Below, piece by piece: positions 59,352-64,000 of a stretch of 64,000 nt of DNA. The translations under genes were made by a program, and so were the position numbers. Source of the stretch: Pseudomonadota bacterium (GTDB lineage Bacteria; Bdellovibrionota; Bdellovibrionia; Bdellovibrionales; Bdellovibrionaceae). Within the stretch, counting starts at the first letter, position 1; each line of letters begins with the position of its first letter. The notes beneath the pieces are model-generated. The model searched no databases. It was not told the DNA's origin and saw only the letters and a program-made list of their open reading frames with translations. Location: the NCBI GenBank assembly GCA_041178425.1, contig JBEGVH010000014.1:103234-167233 (forward strand). The letters are read 5' to 3'.

Positions 59352-61061
59352 ATGAACAAGCTATCATTACAGGGAGTAGCCGTTAGTGAGGGGCTTGCTC
59401 TCGGAACAGCAAAAGTTTTTCATCTTGAATTACCAGCCATTGTCGAAACTCCGTGCAGTGATAGTGCAAAAGAAATCGAGCGCCTCCAAAAGGCTATTCG
59501 AATTTCTAAAAAGCAAATTCAGACACTTATCGAAAAAAAAGGTGAATTCCTTGGCGCCGAAGAACGAAAAATCTTCGACGCTCATATCATGATGATCGAA
59601 GACCCTGAGTTTACCGATCAAATCACCGAAAAAATAACGAGTGAGAAGGCCGACGCAACAAAGGCTGTGGCCGTTGTTGCAGATGAATTTGCAAAAATGT
59701 TGGCTGCCCTTCCCGACCCTTACCTTTCTGAACGAAGCCACGATGTTAAAGACATCTCTTCGAGAATTCTCCGTAATCTCGTTGGTCAGTCTCTTGATTT
59801 TTCGGGGAGCGAAAAATCAAAATTTATTCTTGTTATTAAAGACATCGTTCCTTCAATGGTGCCGGAACTCGACCCTCAGTCAGTTCTCGGTGTGATTACT
59901 GAACACGGTGGAGCCACATCTCATGCGGCTATTCTCCTCCGCAATATCGAGATTCCAGCTATTTTTGGAGTCAAAAACTTAATCCAACAAATCACTGATG
60001 GCTCAACTATTCTGATGGATGCCATCAAAGGATTAATTCTTGTTGCGCCCGAAAGCCCAGACCAGGCTCAATTCAAAGAGCAACAGGCACTTTACCTTAA
60101 AGAAAAAGAAGACCTCGAAAAACTTAAATACGCCGAAGCCATCACAAAAGATGGTGTCCGAATCTATTTACATTCGAATATTGGTGGCACGGCTGAAATT
60201 CCTGTGTTGAAAAAATTTAATCCTGATGGAGTAGGACTCTTTCGGACTGAATTTTTATTTTTAGATCGCAAGGCTCCGCCCACAGAGCAAGAACAGTTTG
60301 AGATTTATAAACAAATCTTAGCGACCATGGAAACTCGCAAAACCATTATCCGTACACTTGATATTGGCGGTGACAAAGAGGTTCCTTATTTGCGTATTCC
60401 TAAAGAAGAAAATCCCTTTTTAGGCCTGCGAGGTCTTCGCTATTGCCTAGAAAATCATGAATTATTTCGAACTCAAATCCGCGCCCTGCTAAAAGCGAGC
60501 GTTTATGGTTCGCTTTATGTGATGTATCCGATGGTCACAACTATCGGCGAGATCAAAGCTGCGCAAGAGATCGTTAAAGAAGAGAAACAAAAATTATTGA
60601 ACCAAGGAATCAAGGTCTCTGACACCATCAAATACGGTGTTATGATCGAAGTGCCAGCGGCTGCCATAATGACAGCTGATTTCGCTCCTTATGTAGACTT
60701 TTTTAGCTTGGGCACGAACGATTTAATTCAGTACACTTGCGCTTGCGATCGTCTGAACCCAGTGGTGAAGTCGTTATACAGTTCGTTTGAACCTTCGGTT
60801 TTGCGCCTGATCAATATGGTTTCTGAAGCAGCCCAACGCCATGGTAAAGAGCTGAGCATTTGCGGAGAAATGGGTGGCCAAGCAACAATGACTCCATTTC
60901 TGATTGGAGTTGGTATTTATCATTTGAGTATGTCTTCAACCCTTATTCCTAAGGTCAAAAAACGCATTTTGGGCCTAACTCTCTCTGAATGTCAGCAATT
61001 AGCCAAGTCTGTTCTAAAAGCTAGCACGATACAAGAAGCCCAAGAAATTCTGAAAAAATAA
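59352..61061 (+). CDS. ptsI: PTS enzyme I
   Basis: GGATSHAA, GVGLFRTEFLF, RTLDIGGDK, EENPFLGLRG, GTNDLIQY, ICGEMGG. Confidence 0.98.
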   Translation: MNKLSLQGVAVSEGLALGTAKVFHLELPAIVETPCSDSAKEIERLQKAIRISKKQIQTLIEKKGEFLGAEERKIFDAHIMMIEDPEFTDQITEKITSEKADATKAVAVVADEFAKMLAALPDPYLSERSHDVKDISSRILRNLVGQSLDFSGSEKSKFILVIKDIVPSMVPELDPQSVLGVITEHGGATSHAAILLRNIEIPAIFGVKNLIQQITDGSTILMDAIKGLILVAPESPDQAQFKEQQALYLKEKEDLEKLKYAEAITKDGVRIYLHSNIGGTAEIPVLKKFNPDGVGLFRTEFLFLDRKAPPTEQEQFEIYKQILATMETRKTIIRTLDIGGDKEVPYLRIPKEENPFLGLRGLRYCLENHELFRTQIRALLKASVYGSLYVMYPMVTTIGEIKAAQEIVKEEKQKLLNQGIKVSDTIKYGVMIEVPAAAIMTADFAPYVDFFSLGTNDLIQYTCACDRLNPVVKSLYSSFEPSVLRLINMVSEAAQRHGKELSICGEMGGQATMTPFLIGVGIYHLSMSSTLIPKVKKRILGLTLSECQQLAKSVLKASTIQEAQEILKK

Positions 61062-61071
61062 AAGCCTAAAC

Positions 61072-61191
61072 GTATTCGCAGTTCTCGGAGGAGCCCCCAA
61101 GGCCTCCGGAATTCGAGTCCGGAGCGCAGCCGAAGGCGAGCACCGCTTGTTCGCTGAAGTACGGAGGCCTTGGGGGCTATCCTCCGAATAC
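61072..61191. repeat. GC-rich long inverted-repeat element between convergent genes (REP/MITE-like)
   Basis: AGCCCCCAAGGCCTCCG (61092-61108) is the exact reverse complement of 61162-61178; extended by TCGGAGG/CCTCCGA and terminal GTATTCG/CGAATAC. Confidence 0.75.
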
Positions 61192-61202
61192 TTCCCTCTC
61201 AC

Positions 61203-62039
61203 CTACAACTCGCCTAATTCCTGCTCCGGATTTGCAAATATCTTTTTCATGGTTTTAACCATATGACTAGCGTGCATACCATCGATGACTCGGTGATCGA
61301 AGGTTACACAGAGGCTAATCACTTTTTTAACAACCACTTGGCCGTTCTGTACGAGGGCAGCATCGCGGATAGAACCAATGGCAATGAGACACGGAATTCG
61401 AGAGTAAGGTACCAATGGAACAAAGGCTCGCTCTAAACCAATTGAGCCGATACTTGTGATCATAATAGATCCGAAGGGATCTTTTGGAACGCCTAACAGA
61501 GGCGACCAAAGATTCAGTGTGTACATCAAGTAAGACGAGAAGTTTAAGAGATACCGACTCGCCCAAGCAGGAATCATTCGCATGGTTTTTTTCATTTCTT
61601 TGTAGTCGATGTCGCCGGTGTCGCGAATACGCTTTACTTTATTCTGCATATCTTCTGCGATTTCTATGATGTTTTTTTTATCGATGTGCCTGACCGTCGT
61701 TCCAGACAGATCTTCTCCTTTGGTATCTGAGGCGACTTGAAAGAAAATGTCGACATCTTGTCGACGATAGAGTTTGCCCCAACGTAAAATGCAATTGAGT
61801 TCTGGATGACGACGAATCGTTTCGGCACAAGCTTTACCAACAAAATGAGTTATCGTAAGTTTTTTACCAGTTTGCTCACTGATCTTAGCCAGATAGGCAA
61901 GAGCCGCTTCGCATTCAAATTCCATTTCAGAGTAAACGCTGGGGTCACCTGCTGTTTGCCAAGTTCCCAATGCGACTTTTCGAAATGAGCTCAGCTTAAC
62001 TGGCCCCTGATACTTGATATTACGGCTGAGCAAACCCAT
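61203..62039 (-). CDS. 2-oxoacid dehydrogenase E2-like acyltransferase, catalytic domain only
   Basis: RHPELN, GSIMITSIG, TFDHRVIDG; no lipoyl domain. Confidence 0.88.
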   Translation of the reverse strand: MGLLSRNIKYQGPVKLSSFRKVALGTWQTAGDPSVYSEMEFECEAALAYLAKISEQTGKKLTITHFVGKACAETIRRHPELNCILRWGKLYRRQDVDIFFQVASDTKGEDLSGTTVRHIDKKNIIEIAEDMQNKVKRIRDTGDIDYKEMKKTMRMIPAWASRYLLNFSSYLMYTLNLWSPLLGVPKDPFGSIMITSIGSIGLERAFVPLVPYSRIPCLIAIGSIRDAALVQNGQVVVKKVISLCVTFDHRVIDGMHASHMVKTMKKIFANPEQELGEL

Positions 62040-62072
62040 GTTGCCTCCAAAGTATAATCAGCTCTTGCTAGC

Positions 62073-62576
62073 CTATCTTTGCTTAACAGACAAAGTTAAA
62101 CTGAATTCAGCCACTTTTTCGCTACCCGTCTTTGCTGGCGTCATCGCATAGGAGTGAAAAGTCATTGATTGTCTTTCCTTGGTGGATCGCGCCTGATGAA
62201 CCATATCGCGAATAGCGAGTCCTTCTTCACAAACAAAAACAACATCAGATTCAGCTCGTTTTAGAAATTGAGCCTTAAAATCTTTAAATAAAAAATCAAT
62301 CTTACCATTTTGGCGAATTTCATCGAGAACATGCAGAGCAATAACGGCTTCTGCTCCCATACAAAGTGCACCAAAATAAACAACATTTAGGTGATTTTTA
62401 GTGCGATACGAAATAGGAATTTGAAGTTGGCTGCGTTCTTCGCTGACCTCTTGTACCTCCGGCCATACGAATGCTAATAGTGGAATTTTTAAAAGCGATC
62501 CAACACGAACTCCCCAATTCAATTGAGTCTTGGCAGGTATTTTTGAAATTATATTTTGCACCATTTGATTTGCCAT
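62073..62576 (-). CDS. Hot-dog fold thioesterase-like protein (DUF4442/YiiD-like)
   Basis: RTKNHLNVVYFGALCMGAE, FKAQFLKRAESDVVFVC; GGAGG RBS before ATG 62576. Confidence 0.85.
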   Translation of the reverse strand: MANQMVQNIISKIPAKTQLNWGVRVGSLLKIPLLAFVWPEVQEVSEERSQLQIPISYRTKNHLNVVYFGALCMGAEAVIALHVLDEIRQNGKIDFLFKDFKAQFLKRAESDVVFVCEEGLAIRDMVHQARSTKERQSMTFHSYAMTPAKTGSEKVAEFSLTLSVKQR

Positions 62577-62577
62577 C

Positions 62578-63570
62578 TTATGCCTCCACTTTTGGTAAGG
62601 AAGCGATTGCCTCCTGGTATTCTTTAACCATTTTTTCAATTATTTCACGGCAAGGTAGTTCGCTATGGATGAGTCCAACACTCTGGCCTGCACTCCAAAC
62701 GGTTTTCCAGGTTGGTTTCCCAATCGCCTCCTCCAAAGACTTCATACCCAGATAGTGGATAAGAGGAACCACGTACTTCTTGGTGAGCGGATTTTTCTTT
62801 AAGACTTCAAGCGCCCAAGGGAGATCGGCGCCTAGTTTTTCGGTATACGGAGTTCGAATAACTGCAGCGGGAGTTCCAGAAAGACGCGTTGTCATAAAAA
62901 TGTCTTCGGGGGTGGCTTTAATAACCGCGTTCTTATAATCCGCTCCCACCTTTGCCTCCGTAGAGGCGATGAAGCGAGTACCAACACTCACTCCGGCCGC
63001 TCCGAGGGCCATCATTGCTGCCATCGTTTGGCCGTCTGCTACTCCTCCAGCAGCAATGACTGGAATATCGAGTTCGCCCGCCAGCCAAGGAATAAGAACG
63101 ATAGGTGAAATCGGACCTGCATGACCACCGGCCCCGGCACCAACAGCAATGACACCGTCGGCCCCCATGTCCTGAACTTTAAGAGCATGATCAAGGTTGG
63201 TAACATCACACAAAACTTTGGCGCCAGAAGCGTGCGCTGCTTTGATGACGTCTTTAGGATTTCCAAGAGACGTTATAAATAAATTAACGCCGTTATCGAG
63301 AGCCATCTTTAAATCGTCGTGCTGCCGAGTGTTCGACTTGTTGACAATAATATTAACCCCAATAGGTCTATTAGTTTTTTTACGAATCGTCTTAAGTGCT
63401 TTTTCATAGTTCTCGATCGGACGATAGTTTAGGGCAGGAAAAGTTCCAATAGCCCCAGCCTCAGAAATCTCCGAAACCATCTCTTCATTCGAAACGAGGA
63501 ACATTGGCGCACCGATGATGGGAATTTGAATATTTAAAAGCTCAGTTAATTTGGTTTGAATTAATGCCAC
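62578..63570 (-). CDS. Nitronate monooxygenase / FabK-like flavoenzyme
   Basis: PIIGAPMFLVS, GAGAGGHAG, PVIAAGGVADG, VGTRFIASTE, WSAGQSVG. Confidence 0.92.
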   Translation of the reverse strand: MALIQTKLTELLNIQIPIIGAPMFLVSNEEMVSEISEAGAIGTFPALNYRPIENYEKALKTIRKKTNRPIGVNIIVNKSNTRQHDDLKMALDNGVNLFITSLGNPKDVIKAAHASGAKVLCDVTNLDHALKVQDMGADGVIAVGAGAGGHAGPISPIVLIPWLAGELDIPVIAAGGVADGQTMAAMMALGAAGVSVGTRFIASTEAKVGADYKNAVIKATPEDIFMTTRLSGTPAAVIRTPYTEKLGADLPWALEVLKKNPLTKKYVVPLIHYLGMKSLEEAIGKPTWKTVWSAGQSVGLIHSELPCREIIEKMVKEYQEAIASLPKVEA

Positions 63571-63721
63571 AAAACCCTCGCTCGACTGTTTTAAAAAAGA
63601 AAAATGCTCATTTCTATCTAACCATAAGTCGGTCTAAGTAAGTACCGCCAATTCGCCGAGGCTCCACCTTCGTCTAGCTTGGCTCGCCAAACAAAAATTG
63701 TATGGAATAGGAAAGAAGGCC

Positions 63722-63748
63722 TCATTTAATAACGCCGTCTGCCGATAA
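63722..63748 (+). promoter_or_regulatory. Putative sigma28 promoter
   Basis: Perfect GCCGATAA -10 at 63741-63748; weak -35 (TCAT) 15 nt upstream. Confidence 0.5.
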
Positions 63749-63764
63749 ACGCTCTGGAGGGACC

Positions 63765-63845
63765 ATGACGAGAATTAATCTATTTTTCATCTTTCTTATT
63801 CTCCTCGCTGGGGCATGTGGTATAATCCCAACGCAAATTCAATAG
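63765..63845 (+). CDS. Small ORF, 26 aa, lipoprotein-like
   Basis: GGAGG at 63756-63760; MTRINLFFIFLILLAGACGIIPTQIQ*; below the ORF-track size cutoff. Confidence 0.5.
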   Translation: MTRINLFFIFLILLAGACGIIPTQIQ

Positions 63846-63854
63846 AGGTATGAA

Positions 63855-64000
63855 ATGCTAATGAAACATCCCTGGAAACGACATGAAGGTTACTTCTCTG
63901 GCCATGATAACCATAAGCTTTTTTATCAAGAGTGGACTCGAAATAACCCTAAGGGGCTTATAGTCATTACTCACGGGCATGGCGAGCACTCCGAGTGCTA
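63855..64000 (+). CDS. Lysophospholipase-like alpha/beta hydrolase (Hydrolase_4), 5' part only
   Basis: Manual translation MLMKHPWKRHEGYFSGHDNHKLFYQEW...LIVITHGHGEHSEC; GAGG RBS. Confidence 0.85.
   Translation, partial: MLMKHPWKRHEGYFSGHDNHKLFYQEWTRNNPKGLIVITHGHGEHSEC

Noticed and set aside
61014..61202. 62-aa minus-strand ORF across the palindromic element
   Set aside because: Open frame explained by GC-rich palindromic DNA; overlaps ptsI antisense; no protein features

Overview
Bacterial chromosomal segment, roughly 40-45% GC by eye. It is most consistent with a Bdellovibrionota-type organism (inference from tandem lepB paralogues, many secreted Cys-rich hypotheticals, a choice-of-anchor-D-like lipoprotein and sigma28/sigma54-like promoters). 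I found no rRNA, tRNA, CRISPR array, transposase or integrase. Housekeeping content: ABC ATPase (partial), prfC, and a long minus-strand run metK-lepA-lepB x3-pyrB-carA-orf-carB, plus hpf. Accessory content, strongest candidates first: (1) a translationally coupled operon encoding a STAS-less SulP/SLC26 transporter fused to a Cam-type gamma-carbonic anhydrase and two SPFH/band-7 proteins, preceded by a short Pro-Pro-Pro-tailed membrane ORF and lying about 2.7 kb downstream of carB; (2) an alpha/beta-hydrolase lipoprotein + 2x DUF3015 + DUF4105/Lnb-like barrel module; (3) a secreted fungal-type GH15 glucoamylase followed by a Bacillus-like ptsGHI operon; (4) a surface-protein island (Gly-rich/fibrinogen-like, G8/TMEM2-like, barrel + ten-domain Ig lipoprotein, sigma54-driven Pro-repeat lipoprotein); (5) an unannotated 26-codon lipoprotein-like sORF and a GC-rich palindromic element. 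All family assignments come from motif recognition by eye, not from database searches.
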